Origin: Limisphaerales bacterium
Lineage (GTDB): Bacteria; Verrucomicrobiota; Verrucomicrobiia; Limisphaerales; UBA9464
Reading direction: 5' to 3'
Length of the DNA: 64,000 nucleotides
Assembly (NCBI GenBank): GCA_965283655.1
Contig: CBDIPJ010000002.1
Coordinates: forward strand, 148,506 to 212,505
How positions within the stretch are numbered: position 1 is the stretch's first letter; every line of letters starts with the position of its first letter. Position numbers and translations under genes: made by a program. Under the pieces are notes generated by a model. It did not search any database, was not told where the DNA came from, and was given only the letters and a program-made list of their open reading frames with translations. Shown here one piece after another: positions 53,306 to 62,761 of the stretch.

Positions 53306-54004
53306 CTACCCCCTCAACCGCCTCCAGCGCGCGTAGAACAGCACGAACACGGCCGGTCCGAAGGCCAGCAACATCACGGTCACCCCCATGGTCAGGCCGA
53401 AGAACGTCAGCAATCCCGCGCAACAATCCGTCCGGCCCCGGGCCACGATGTGGGTCGGGACCGCCACCAACAGTTCGAGCACGCTGCCGCGCAGCATCCA
53501 CTTCTGCTGACGTTCCATCAGGGACCGCGGATCCATCCGGCCGCTCCACCGCCAGAACACCACCGCCCACACGACCCACAGGAGGAGCGGCAGACCCGTC
53601 CACAGCAGCCAGTAATCGCCGGGATCATCCTCCGGCGCATCAATAGTCATGAAATACTCCATGCCGCTCAGGATCCCTCCCATCAGCAGGCAACCCATCC
53701 AGAATCCCGTGGCCAGGATGGGCAACCACAGCCCGGAGCGCGACACAGGCCGTCCCACCTGCAACCGCACCGGCACGCGGATCAGCAGGAACTGACTGAT
53801 CAGGACCACACCCAGGAATAGCGGGAAAGGCACGTTCAGGAAAAACTCCCAGGGCATCCGTTCGATCTGCCGAAGCTGGGGGAAGGCCGCCATCAGGAAG
53901 GGCATCGTCATCGTCAGCAACAGGACCAGGTACAACCCGGTCATGATCGCTCCCCAATGGAGCCACGGATACCGCGGCCCCTCATGCGTCGCCTTCTCGG
54001 ACAT
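53306..54004 (-). CDS. Hypothetical integral membrane protein
   Basis: 232 aa starting at an ATG, with at least 5 hydrophobic segments (LYLVLLLTMTMPFLMAAF, FPLFLGVVLISQFLLI, LWLPILATGFWMGCLLMGGIL, LLWTGLPLLLWVVWAVVFW, LLTFFGLTMGVTVMLLAFGPAVFVLF). Confidence 0.65.
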   Translation of the reverse strand: MSEKATHEGPRYPWLHWGAIMTGLYLVLLLTMTMPFLMAAFPQLRQIERMPWEFFLNVPFPLFLGVVLISQFLLIRVPVRLQVGRPVSRSGLWLPILATGFWMGCLLMGGILSGMEYFMTIDAPEDDPGDYWLLWTGLPLLLWVVWAVVFWRWSGRMDPRSLMERQQKWMLRGSVLELLVAVPTHIVARGRTDCCAGLLTFFGLTMGVTVMLLAFGPAVFVLFYARWRRLRG

Positions 54005-54091
54005 GGCTTACAGACTGCCCATCCGCCAAAACTCTCAAACTCCAAACTCCGGACTTTGAAAACCGCGGGTCCTTCCGCCAGCATCCCACGC

Positions 54092-55666
54092 ATGTTCCAC
54101 TCCCTGACTCCCTCCCGGGGCCATCGCGTCGTGCTCTGCACCCTCGCTTCGGCCGGTGCCCTCGTCGGTTCGGCCCTCCACGCCGACGTCCGCCTCCATC
54201 CCCTGTTCACCGACCATTCCGTCTTCCAGCAGGGCAAGCCGGTGCCCGTCTGGGGCTGGGCGGACCCGGGTGAGAAGGTCTCGGTGCAATTCGGCGAGCA
54301 GACCCACGCCACCGTGGCGGACGACCACGGCCGCTGGTCGGTGAACCTGAAGTCCCTCAAGGCCACCGCCGCTCCCAAGACCCTCCATGTCACCGGAAAG
54401 AACGCCCTGCGCGTTGAGGACGTGGTCGTGGGCGAGGTGTGGATCTGCTCCGGCCAGTCCAACATGGAGTGGCCCATGCGCGCGAGCGCCAGCCCCGAGG
54501 CCGACATCCAGGGCAGCGCCAACCCCCTCATCCGCCTTTTCACCGTCCAGAAGAACACGTCCAGCGAACGGCTCTCCAACTTCTCCAACCCCGCCGCCCA
54601 CGCCTGGACCGTCGCCTCGCCGGATTCCGTCCGCGGATTCTCCGCCGTCGGATACTACTTCGGTCGCGACCTGCAGGCCGCCCTCGGCGTTCCCATCGGC
54701 CTCATCCACACCTCCTGGGGCGGCAGCCCGGCCGAGGCCTGGACCAGTCCGCAGACGCTCCGCGAGACCCACGTCTACGCCCGCGACATCCTGCCCAACG
54801 CGGTCAACACCCTCCGCAACCGCAAGACCGCCCGGGCCAAGTGGGAAACCGACGCCGCCGCGGCCACCGCCGCCGGCAAGCCCGTTCCCGGCAAACCCTT
54901 CTCCGGGTGGCTCCCCAGCGATCTCTACAACGCCATGATCGAACCGCTGCTGCCGTACGCCATCGGCGGCGCCATCTGGTATCAGGGCGAATCCAACGCC
55001 GGCCGCGCCTGGCAGTACCGCAGCCTCTTCGCCGACATGATCACCGATTGGCGGCAGGCCTTCTGCCAGGGAGATTTCCCCTTCCTCGCCGTCCAACTCG
55101 CCCCGTGGGACAAGAACCGCAAGCGTTCGATCGAGGACATCACCAAGGAACCCGGCGAAAGCGACTGGGCTGAACTCCGCGAGGCGCAGAATTACGCCAC
55201 CGAGGTCCTTCCCAAGGTCGGCGTCGCCGTCATCACGGACGTGGGCGACAAGGATGACATCCACCCGAACCAGAAGGCTCCCGTCGGAGCCCGTCTCGCC
55301 CTGCTGGCGCAAAAGATCGGCTACGGCAAGCGCGTCACCGCCGAAGGCCCCGTCTACCACTCGAAGGTCGTCGCCGACGGCAAGGTCTACCTGAACTTCA
55401 CCTCGCTTGCCGGTGGCATGAAGACCAGCGACGGCGGCGCCCTCAAGGGCTTCTCCATCGCCGGCAAGGACCGCAAGTGGCACTGGGCGACCGCCGAGTT
55501 CCGCGGCCCCAACCAGATTGTCGTTTCCTGCCCCGCCGTCGCCGAACCCCTGGCCGTGCGCTACGGATGGGCCGACTTCCCTGTCGTCAACCTCGCCAAT
55601 GGCGCCGGCCTGCCCGCGTCGCCCTTCCGCACCGACGACTGGCCCGCGATCACCAACAAGCCCTGA
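54092..55666 (+). CDS. Sialate O-acetylesterase-like carbohydrate esterase (SGNH/DUF303 type)
   Basis: Signal MFHSLTPSRGHRVVLCTLASAGALVGSALHA, then VPVWGWADPGEKVSV ... FGEVWICSGQSNMEWPM (GQSNM active-site motif) ... IWYQGESN ... GDKDDIHP. Confidence 0.85.
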   Translation: MFHSLTPSRGHRVVLCTLASAGALVGSALHADVRLHPLFTDHSVFQQGKPVPVWGWADPGEKVSVQFGEQTHATVADDHGRWSVNLKSLKATAAPKTLHVTGKNALRVEDVVVGEVWICSGQSNMEWPMRASASPEADIQGSANPLIRLFTVQKNTSSERLSNFSNPAAHAWTVASPDSVRGFSAVGYYFGRDLQAALGVPIGLIHTSWGGSPAEAWTSPQTLRETHVYARDILPNAVNTLRNRKTARAKWETDAAAATAAGKPVPGKPFSGWLPSDLYNAMIEPLLPYAIGGAIWYQGESNAGRAWQYRSLFADMITDWRQAFCQGDFPFLAVQLAPWDKNRKRSIEDITKEPGESDWAELREAQNYATEVLPKVGVAVITDVGDKDDIHPNQKAPVGARLALLAQKIGYGKRVTAEGPVYHSKVVADGKVYLNFTSLAGGMKTSDGGALKGFSIAGKDRKWHWATAEFRGPNQIVVSCPAVAEPLAVRYGWADFPVVNLANGAGLPASPFRTDDWPAITNKP

Positions 55667-55970
55667 GCCGGGCGTTCTGTCCCACGCGAAGCAGGGCTGC
55701 GGCAATTCCCTCCCCTGCGCGGCTTGGCGGCTTTTGAGGATCCGCAGCCTCACCTCCCTTGGCCCCTGCGTTCTGTCTCACGCAAAGACGCCAAGACGCA
55801 AAGCAGGCAAGAACCACCGTGTGGGCGGTCAGGAATCCGAACGTTCCAGTCTGCCCGGCAGCCTTCTCCATAAGCCACGAGCCGTGGCCCCAGGTGCGGA
55901 GCACCGACAGACGATAGCCCAGTGCGTCAGCGCTGGGTTCCATTCCCCAAAAGAAAACCCAGCCCCGGCA

Positions 55971-56168
55971 GGGGCGACAGAGCCCTCCTGTCCGCAAGCC
56001 CACCGACATCCGGCCGTGCCTCCAGCACCTGACAGCACGCAGGAACGACAATCGGAAAAGCCGCGAAGCCACAAAGCCGCCAAGGGGACGGCGATGTCCA
56101 CATCGCGCCGAGAGAGGCTTCGGAACGGCGACGAGGACGTCGCCTCCCCGTTCCGAGCGGGGGCAGTG
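55971..56168 (+). repeat. Left copy of a ~198-bp direct repeat bracketing vapBC
   Basis: ggggcgacagagccctcctgtccgcaagcccaccgacatccggccgtgcctccagcacctgaca ... cggaacggcgacgaggacgtcgcctccccgttccgagcggg. By eye this is close to 95% identical to 57028-57226. Confidence 0.9.
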
Positions 56169-56249
56169 TCAAGACGCGCCCGCCCACTGGCCCACTGCCT
56201 TTCCCCATCAGTGCGTTGACGGATGGATCCGAGGCATCATGATGCTCGG

Positions 56250-56495
56250 ATGCGAACCACTTTGACGCTGGATCCGGACGTTGCCGCCAAAGCTCGGAAG
56301 GGCGCAGCCCGATTGCACAAGCCCTTCAAGGAGGTGATCAATGCCGCCTTGCGCGTCGGACTGGATGCGATCCTCAAGCCACCCGCAGCCAAACCCTACC
56401 GGACAACGCCGCGGCCGATGGGGCTACGCGCAGGCTTCAACTACGACAACATCTCCGAGTTGATCGCCGCCGCAGAGGGGGAGGACCATTCGTGA
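56250..56495 (+). CDS. vapB: Type II antitoxin, VapB-like
   Basis: MRTTLTLDPDVAAKARKGAARLHKPFKEVINAALRVGL... Its stop overlaps the toxin GTG (GTGA at 56492-56495). Confidence 0.8.
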   Translation: MRTTLTLDPDVAAKARKGAARLHKPFKEVINAALRVGLDAILKPPAAKPYRTTPRPMGLRAGFNYDNISELIAAAEGEDHS

Positions 56496-56923
56496 TTCTC
56501 GTCGATGCCAATCTGCTCCTCTACGCCGAGGACAGTCTCTCGGAGCAACACACGAGAGCGCGGGTCTGGTGGGATGAACAACTGAGCGGATCCGAGCCCG
56601 TGGGGCTCTGCTGGCCGGTCATCAATGCCTATATCCGCATCGGGACCAACGCCCGTCTCCACCGACGACCACTCACCCTCAAGGAAGCCACGGAACGTGT
56701 GGACGAATGGTTCAACCAACCGTGCGTGTGCATCCTCCAACCGACCGATCAGCACTGGGCCATCTTCCAGAAAATGCTGTCGGCGGGAAATGCGGTGGGC
56801 AACCTGGTTTCCGACGCCCATCTTGCCGCGCTCGCCGTGGAACACAACTGCGTGCTTTGCTCCACAGACGCAGATTTTTCCCGCTTCCGCGGACTCAAGT
56901 GGAAGAACCCGTTGGCGGAGTAA
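56492..56923 (+). CDS. vapC: Type II toxin, PIN-domain ribonuclease VapC
   Basis: (M)ILVDANLLLYA (first acidic residue) ... LVSDAHLAALAVEHNCVLCSTDADFSRFRGLKWKNPL, the classical PIN layout. 143 aa. Confidence 0.9.
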   Translation: MILVDANLLLYAEDSLSEQHTRARVWWDEQLSGSEPVGLCWPVINAYIRIGTNARLHRRPLTLKEATERVDEWFNQPCVCILQPTDQHWAIFQKMLSAGNAVGNLVSDAHLAALAVEHNCVLCSTDADFSRFRGLKWKNPLAE

Positions 56924-57027
56924 GTTACGGATGAATCACTGGCATCCATTCCTGCACTAAAGTCGAAGCTGAAGGCCGAAATCCGCCACTGAATATTTCC
57001 CCACCCGATCCGGGACGCTCTCCCTAA

Positions 57028-57226
57028 GGGGCGACAGAGCCCTCCTGTCCGCAAGCCCACCGACATCCGGCCGTGCCTCCAGCACCTGACAACACGGAGG
57101 AACGACAATCGGAAAAGCCGCGAAGCCTCAAAGCCGCCAAGAGGGGCGGCGATGTCCACATCGCCCTGAGAGAGGCTTCGGAACGGCGACGAGGACGTCG
57201 CCTCCCCGTTCCGAGCGGGTGCAGTG
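57028..57226 (+). repeat. Right copy of the ~198-bp direct repeat bracketing vapBC
   Basis: Aligned by eye with 55971-56168; I see about 8-9 differences including one 1-nt indel. Confidence 0.9.
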
Positions 57227-57362
57227 CCCGGATGAGTCCCGAGCCAGCGCCAATTCCGATTCCGTTTTGCGTCTTCTTTCGATTTTTGCGGCTAACCTTC
57301 TCCGCGCTGACGCGCCTCTGCCATCTGCGGACTCAAGCGCCGTCTTTGGGGTCAGTCCATGG

Positions 57363-57965
57363 TCAGGCTCGTGACACGGGCCATTCCCCCGGCGCATTCC
57401 AGTTGGCCAGCTGTGGCTCCTGAGAGATTTCCAGCGCCCACTCCCGCATCCAGCCTCCGCGCACCCCCGCATCCACAAGGCGCCGCGGCGACCATTCCTC
57501 GGTCGCCTTCCACCCCGACACCTCCGCCCGCGCCATAGCCACGGGCAACACAGCACAGAGCGGCTCGCGTCCGCGCTGCGTGACCGGGATCACCCCGCGA
57601 CCGTCGGCACAACGCTTCCGCAATGTGCGCAGGAAATCCGCGTCCAACGCCGGCAGATCGACCGCCAGCACCAACAACCACGCAGCCGTTGTCCGCTCCA
57701 GCACCTGTCGGATCCCTTCCATCGGCCCGGCGTCCGCGGTGGCATCCTCCACCCAGCACGCGCCGTTCCCGATCTCCGGATAGGCCGATGCCTTTCCCTG
57801 CGCCACCGACACCCAGCATTCGCTGACCCCGGTTTCACGCAGCAACCGCACCTGCCGCACCAACAACAGCTCGCCCCCCACGCACAGTCGCGCCTTGTCG
57901 CAGCCCATCCGACGCGACCGTCCACCCGCCAGGACCAATCCGGCGAAATCCACCGTCCCCGTCAT
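57363..57965 (-). CDS. mobA: Molybdenum cofactor guanylyltransferase
   Basis: [27 protein letters not shown] ... LVLAVDLP are MobA signature motifs. The ATG at 57965 was chosen because the longer ORF (to 58055) extends into a repeat. Confidence 0.85.
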   Translation of the reverse strand: MTGTVDFAGLVLAGGRSRRMGCDKARLCVGGELLLVRQVRLLRETGVSECWVSVAQGKASAYPEIGNGACWVEDATADAGPMEGIRQVLERTTAAWLLVLAVDLPALDADFLRTLRKRCADGRGVIPVTQRGREPLCAVLPVAMARAEVSGWKATEEWSPRRLVDAGVRGGWMREWALEISQEPQLANWNAPGEWPVSRA

Positions 57966-58025
57966 GCCTGCGGCGCCCTGCATCGCGGACAGGCTGGCAA
58001 ACCGAACCTGCGCAAGGCGAGCAGA

Positions 58026-58095
58026 GGAACGGGGAGGCGACGTCCTCGTCGCCACGGCAAAGCCAATCCCAAGGCGATGAGGACATCGCCGCCCC
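58026..58095. repeat. Inverted partial copy of the double-hairpin GC-rich module
   Basis: ggaacggggaggcgacgtcctcgtcgcc ... ggcgatgaggacatcgccgcccc. The first part is the reverse complement of ggcgacgaggacgtcgcctccccgttcc seen at 56.1 and 57.2 kb. Confidence 0.8.
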
Positions 58096-58187
58096 GCGTC
58101 TTTTCATCGTCGGCGCATGTTGGGATGCGAACCGCAAATCCCCGAAACCCCCTTTCCACCCTGCGATTCCCGGCACACCCTCCGCCC

Positions 58188-58598
58188 ATGAGTGCTCACA
58201 CCGTCGAGCCGACCCCGGAAGACAAGCTCGCCCGTCGCATGGCGGCGCTCGGGATCACCGAGGAAGACATCGAGGAGACCTTCGTCCGTTCCGGCGGCAA
58301 CGGCGGCCAGAACGTCAACAAGGTCGCGACCTGCGTCGTCCTTCACCACCGTCCCTCGGGCATCCAGGTCAAGTGCCAGACCACCCGGCATCAGGCCCAG
58401 AACCGCTTTCTCGCCCGCGTCCAGCTCATGGACCGCATCGAGGCCGAACGGCAATCCCGCATCGATGCCGAACGTGACCGCGTGGAGAAGGCCCGACGCC
58501 AGAAGCGTCCCCGGTCGCGTGCCGCCAAGCAGCGCATCCTCGCCAACAAGGCCCACCAATCGGCCAAGAAATCCTCCCGCAAGGGCAGTTACGATTGA
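58188..58598 (+). CDS. RF-1 domain protein with a GGQ motif (ArfB/peptidyl-tRNA hydrolase-like ribosome rescue factor)
   Basis: [20 protein letters not shown], followed by a highly basic C-terminal tail ([33 protein letters not shown]). Confidence 0.8.
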   Translation: MSAHTVEPTPEDKLARRMAALGITEEDIEETFVRSGGNGGQNVNKVATCVVLHHRPSGIQVKCQTTRHQAQNRFLARVQLMDRIEAERQSRIDAERDRVEKARRQKRPRSRAAKQRILANKAHQSAKKSSRKGSYD

Positions 58599-58695
58599 GG
58601 GGGAAATCCGCAGCTGCGGACGGAACCGATCCGTGCTTCCTTGGGGCATGAGCTCGAAGTCTGTGGCCCTCGTTGGCTGAACGCCCCATCTCCGG

Positions 58696-59835
58696 ATGTC
58701 TGCCTCCCTGTCCACCGCCTCCCGACACTCCTGCCTGTACGCGTGCCGGGTGATGCACCAGCGATTCTCCCCGCGCAAACACCGCTTCGAGTACGGCCTG
58801 TTCCTGATCTGCGTCGACCTCGACGAACTCGACGAACTCGATTCCAGCCTGCGCTGGTTCAGCCGGAACCGCAGGAACCTCTACGAATTCCGCGACAGCG
58901 ATCACTTCACCCGGGCCGATGCCAGCCGTCCGCATGATCCCCAACGTGGCCTGCGCGGAAGCGTCGTGGAATGGTTGGCGACCCAGGGCGTGTCCGTCCC
59001 GCCCGACGCGCGCATCCGGCTCCTGACCCTGCCGCGCGTGCTTGGGTACATCTTCAATCCGGTGTCGTTCTATTTCGTCACGCTGGCGGACGGATCACCC
59101 CTGTGTGCGATTGCCGAGGTGGGAAACACCTTCGGCGAACAGAAGCCCTATCTCGTGCCGGTGGAAACGCTCCCCGCCGATCCGGCCACCGGAACCCCCG
59201 CACGGTTCCGGCTGATCGCCCCAAAGCACTTCTACGTGTCGCCGTTCAGCCCGCTGGACCTGCGCTTCGATTTCAAGCTCCGCGACCCAGACGAACAGCT
59301 GTCCATCGGCGTGAACGACCTGAACAGCGCCAACGACACCGTCCTCATCAGCGCATTGACCGGCCAACGCCGTCCGTTGACCGACGGCGAACTGCTGCGG
59401 CTCACGCTGCGGTATCCGCTGGTCACCCTGCGCGTCATCACCCTCATCCACTGGCAGGCCCTGCGCCTCTGGCTGAAGAAGATTCCCTTCCTGCGCAAGT
59501 CCGAGTCCCCCACCTCCAGCGCCAGGTCCTCCATCGCTGAGCCCGTAGCTGCCAAGATCGCGAGGCGTGTTCCAGGAACGCCTCAGGCTCGGTTCACTGC
59601 CCTGCCCATCGGAGTCATCCCGGAATCCCCGGTTCCGTTTCAGGTTTGGCCCCCGACTCCCAGCCGACACACCCCGCGATACGCACATCGATCGCACGGC
59701 AACTCCCCGCGATTGGCGACCGGCACCGCGGAAACATCACCCGCCAGCAATCCCGCGCCCAGTTCGCCCACGCGCTTCAAGGCCGCATCCAGCACCTCCT
59801 GCAACCCCGGCGCTGGAACGCCATCTGCGTTCTGA
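58696..59835 (+). CDS. DUF1365-family protein; the 3' end is doubtful
   Basis: CLYACRVMHQRFSPRKHRFEYGLFLICVDLDELD ... LPRVLGYIFNPVSFYF ... HFYVSPF ... IHWQALRLWLKKIPF matches DUF1365 from memory. Beyond about 59510 the frame becomes a low-complexity P/S/A/T/R-rich tail that overlaps the convergent addB-like gene by about 195 bp. Confidence 0.7.
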   Translation: MSASLSTASRHSCLYACRVMHQRFSPRKHRFEYGLFLICVDLDELDELDSSLRWFSRNRRNLYEFRDSDHFTRADASRPHDPQRGLRGSVVEWLATQGVSVPPDARIRLLTLPRVLGYIFNPVSFYFVTLADGSPLCAIAEVGNTFGEQKPYLVPVETLPADPATGTPARFRLIAPKHFYVSPFSPLDLRFDFKLRDPDEQLSIGVNDLNSANDTVLISALTGQRRPLTDGELLRLTLRYPLVTLRVITLIHWQALRLWLKKIPFLRKSESPTSSARSSIAEPVAAKIARRVPGTPQARFTALPIGVIPESPVPFQVWPPTPSRHTPRYAHRSHGNSPRLATGTAETSPASNPAPSSPTRFKAASSTSCNPGAGTPSAF

Positions 59836-62761
59836 TACGGCGTGCCGTCCTTCTTGAACCTCACGTGGAATGGCAGTTCCTCCCACGTCACATCCCCGGC
59901 CACCTGCCGCACCGCATCGATGTTCACCCGACCCCGGTGCGCATAGCTTCCACCTTCGCCGGGATCCTCGCGATGCACGGCCCGTCGCCGGGTCCGGGTC
60001 AACACCGCATAGGTCATCCCCCCGGGCAGGAAACCGGTGCCCGCCGTCACCGCCTGAAGGTACAACGGCAGCTGCAGCTCAAACCCGCGCGCCACCTGGT
60101 CCGGACGCAATTGTCGCGTGCCGCGCTTGTAATCCACCACCCAGGCGGCGCATTCGCCTTCATCCTCCGAGACCAGCAGGTCCACCCGGTCCACCTGTCC
60201 CGCGATGCACACCTCCCGGTCGCCTTCCAACCGGACCCGCACCGGTGGCCAGTCGCCACGCGCACCGAACCGGGCCTCCACCCAACGCGGTTCCCCGGGC
60301 CAACGACCCAATACCTCCAGCCAATGGCGGACCCACTCCACCACCTGGCGTTCCGCCCGGCGCAACGCGAACTCCACTCCGGCACCGCCCCCGGTCAGCC
60401 CCGTCTTCTGGAGAAGTCCCACCGCCAACCGCCGCACCCGCGCCTCGCCCTCGTCCGGAGTCACGTCACGCCATGACAGGCTCTCGCGTGTCAGGGACCG
60501 ATGGAACTCCGCCAGCAACTCGTGCGTCCATGTGCCCTGCTCCCGCGCACCCAACTCCAGTTCCTCGCGTTCCCCGAAACGCAGCACACGGCTCGCGAAA
60601 TGCGCAAAACGACAGCCCGCCATCTGCTCCAGCGCCGACGCCGACGTCTCGTACGCCCCCCGAACAGCGCCTCGGCCACCGCGGGTGAAAGACGTTCGGT
60701 TCCCACCTTCCCCGACTCCTCGGCCGCCACCGGTTGCGGCCCGCGCCGCCGCATCCATTCCGCCGGAGCGGACTCCAGCGTCCACTCCGGAAGCCATCGC
60801 CGCATCAGCGGAGACGGCAGGAGCGTCCCACCCGTCATGCCTTCCGACGGCGTGAGCACCACCACCGAACGCCGGGCCCGGGTCAGTGCAATGTAGGCGT
60901 AGAACTGTTCGTGATGGATGCGGTCCACCGCGGTCGGTCCAAGCCCCACCCCCGCCTTCGTCTCCAGCCATTCCCGATCGGACGCCGTCAGCAACCCCGT
61001 CGGCGACGGCGACGCCGGAAACACCCCCTCGGTCCATCCGGGCAGGATGACGAGCGACAGCTCCGGATTCCTTGATCGATCCACCGCGCCGATGAGCACC
61101 TGATCCAACGACGGCGGCAACGCACCGGCCGTCAGGCCACTCCACGCGCTCTCGACCACCGGCAGCCATTCGGCCGCCGCCAACGCATGACCGGTGAAGG
61201 CCCGCGACGCCTCCTCCAGCCAGGCCTCCATCTCATGCAACACCGTCTGGTGCCGGAGTCCGTCCACGCCCACGTCGTCCCAGGCAACCAGACGTTCCTC
61301 CACGCCCACGTCCACCCACAACGCACGCAACGCCGCCGCCAGCCCGGGACCGTCCTGCGGGCTCGACAGGCTCGCCACCAAGCGTCGCAGGGGCGCCGTC
61401 ACGCGGCGCATCGCCAGGCCGAGTCGATCCCCTTCCTCCAGTTCGCTGCCCACCAGCCAACGGCGCCCGGCCCATCGCCCGGCCCGCAGGGCATTCTCCA
61501 GTTCCTCCCCTTCCCACCCCTCCAGCGGCAGCAGGCCCGACTTCAACCACGCAAACCAGTCGTCCTCCGATCCCTCGTCCGCCGCCACGCGCAGCGCCGT
61601 CCGCGTCAATTCCACCAACGGGTGATGCCGGAGCCCGTGCCGATGATCCAGGAAGCTGGGAATCCCGCGTTGGCGGAACACCCGGGCGAACACCGGTCCA
61701 TACTCCTCCAGCGAACGTACCAGCACCGCCGCATCGCGATACCGCCCGCCATTCCGCACCATCGCTTCGATGCATCCGGCCGCAGCCTCCGCCTCCGCAT
61801 GCGGATCCGGGCAGCGCACACAACGCACCGCCGTACGCTCCCCGGTGCCGTCCGGCATCGCCCCCGCAATGCCGGTCGCCATCCGCAACTCCAGGGCACG
61901 CAACACCGGACTCTCCTCGAACCGACCGGTCGACCGACCCAGTTCGATCACCTCCGGCTGGGATGTGGCGTGCGCCGCCAACGCCGCATGGCACGCCCGG
62001 AACGTGCGTTCCACCACGTTCCACAAACCCACACGCCCACCTGCCGCCGCCGAGGAATCGAGGCAGAAGGCCGCCGTCGTGCGCTGCGCCCGCCGCGAGA
62101 CGGCCGCCAGGAGGGCGACCTCCGCGGGCGTCATCTCGGCGAACCCATCCAGCCAGACCGCCTCGAACCACGGCTCGGCGGTTCCATCCCGCAACGCCGC
62201 CACCGCCTGCCACGCCAGCTCCGACGGATCTTCGAGCCCGGCCGTCTTCAACCACTCCTGGTACCCCTCCAACAACCGCGACCAATCCGTCAGCTTCCAT
62301 CGCAGCGACTCGGGCAACGCCCCCTGTTCCGCGAGCGTCCTCAACCGCCCGGAACGCATCCCGTGTTCCTGGAAGGTCCGCAGCACCCCGGAAACATCGC
62401 GCGCCAATCCCGCCCCGCGCGCCGAGCGTCCGAAGTACTTCAATGCACCTTCTTCGCGGCCGAGCAGCGCCCGCAACACCATGATGCGCCCCTCCTCGCC
62501 CAGCACGTCCGGCTCTCGCATCCCCGACCGCTTCAGCACATACCGCGCAAGCCGCTCGAACGACACGATCTCCAAGCGCGTGAACCCGCCCACCACGCCA
62601 TCCATGAGGACCTGGCGCTCCAACTGGAAGGTCGCCTGCTTGGGCGCGACGAACAGCAACGGCAATCCCACCGGACCCGTCCGCAGCGCCTCGCGCACCT
62701 CGGCCACGCACCGGTGGGTTTTCCCGCTCCCCGCAGGCCCCAGCAAGAACCGCACATCCAT
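59640..62761 (-). pseudogene. addB: AddB-like helicase-nuclease subunit (inactive-helicase N-terminus with a RecB-type nuclease and Fe-S cluster C-terminus), with a 1-nt frame change at the C6 run 60656-60661 (as assembled)
   Basis: ORF 60491-62857 has MDVRFLLGPAGSGKTHRCV (Walker A) and runs to ...LSPAVAEALFGG. ORF 59640-61169 continues AYETSASALEQMAGCRFAHF ... WVVDYKRG ... CDRCAYRGVC, which supplies the four Fe-S cysteines and the nuclease motif. Confidence 0.8.

Noticed and set aside
55650-57159. ORFs of 140, 93, 90 and 136 aa across the regions flanking vapBC
   Set aside because: They lie within the 198-bp direct repeats and other intergenic repeat sequence. The two repeat copies do not preserve a reading frame because a 1-nt indel separates them.
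14985-60666. Programmed ribosomal frameshifting as the explanation for the split genes
   Set aside because: The events affect unrelated genes and sit in plain G/C runs. They lack a slippery heptamer-plus-structure arrangement, and none of these gene families is known to use recoding. Indel error or simple mutation is more parsimonious.
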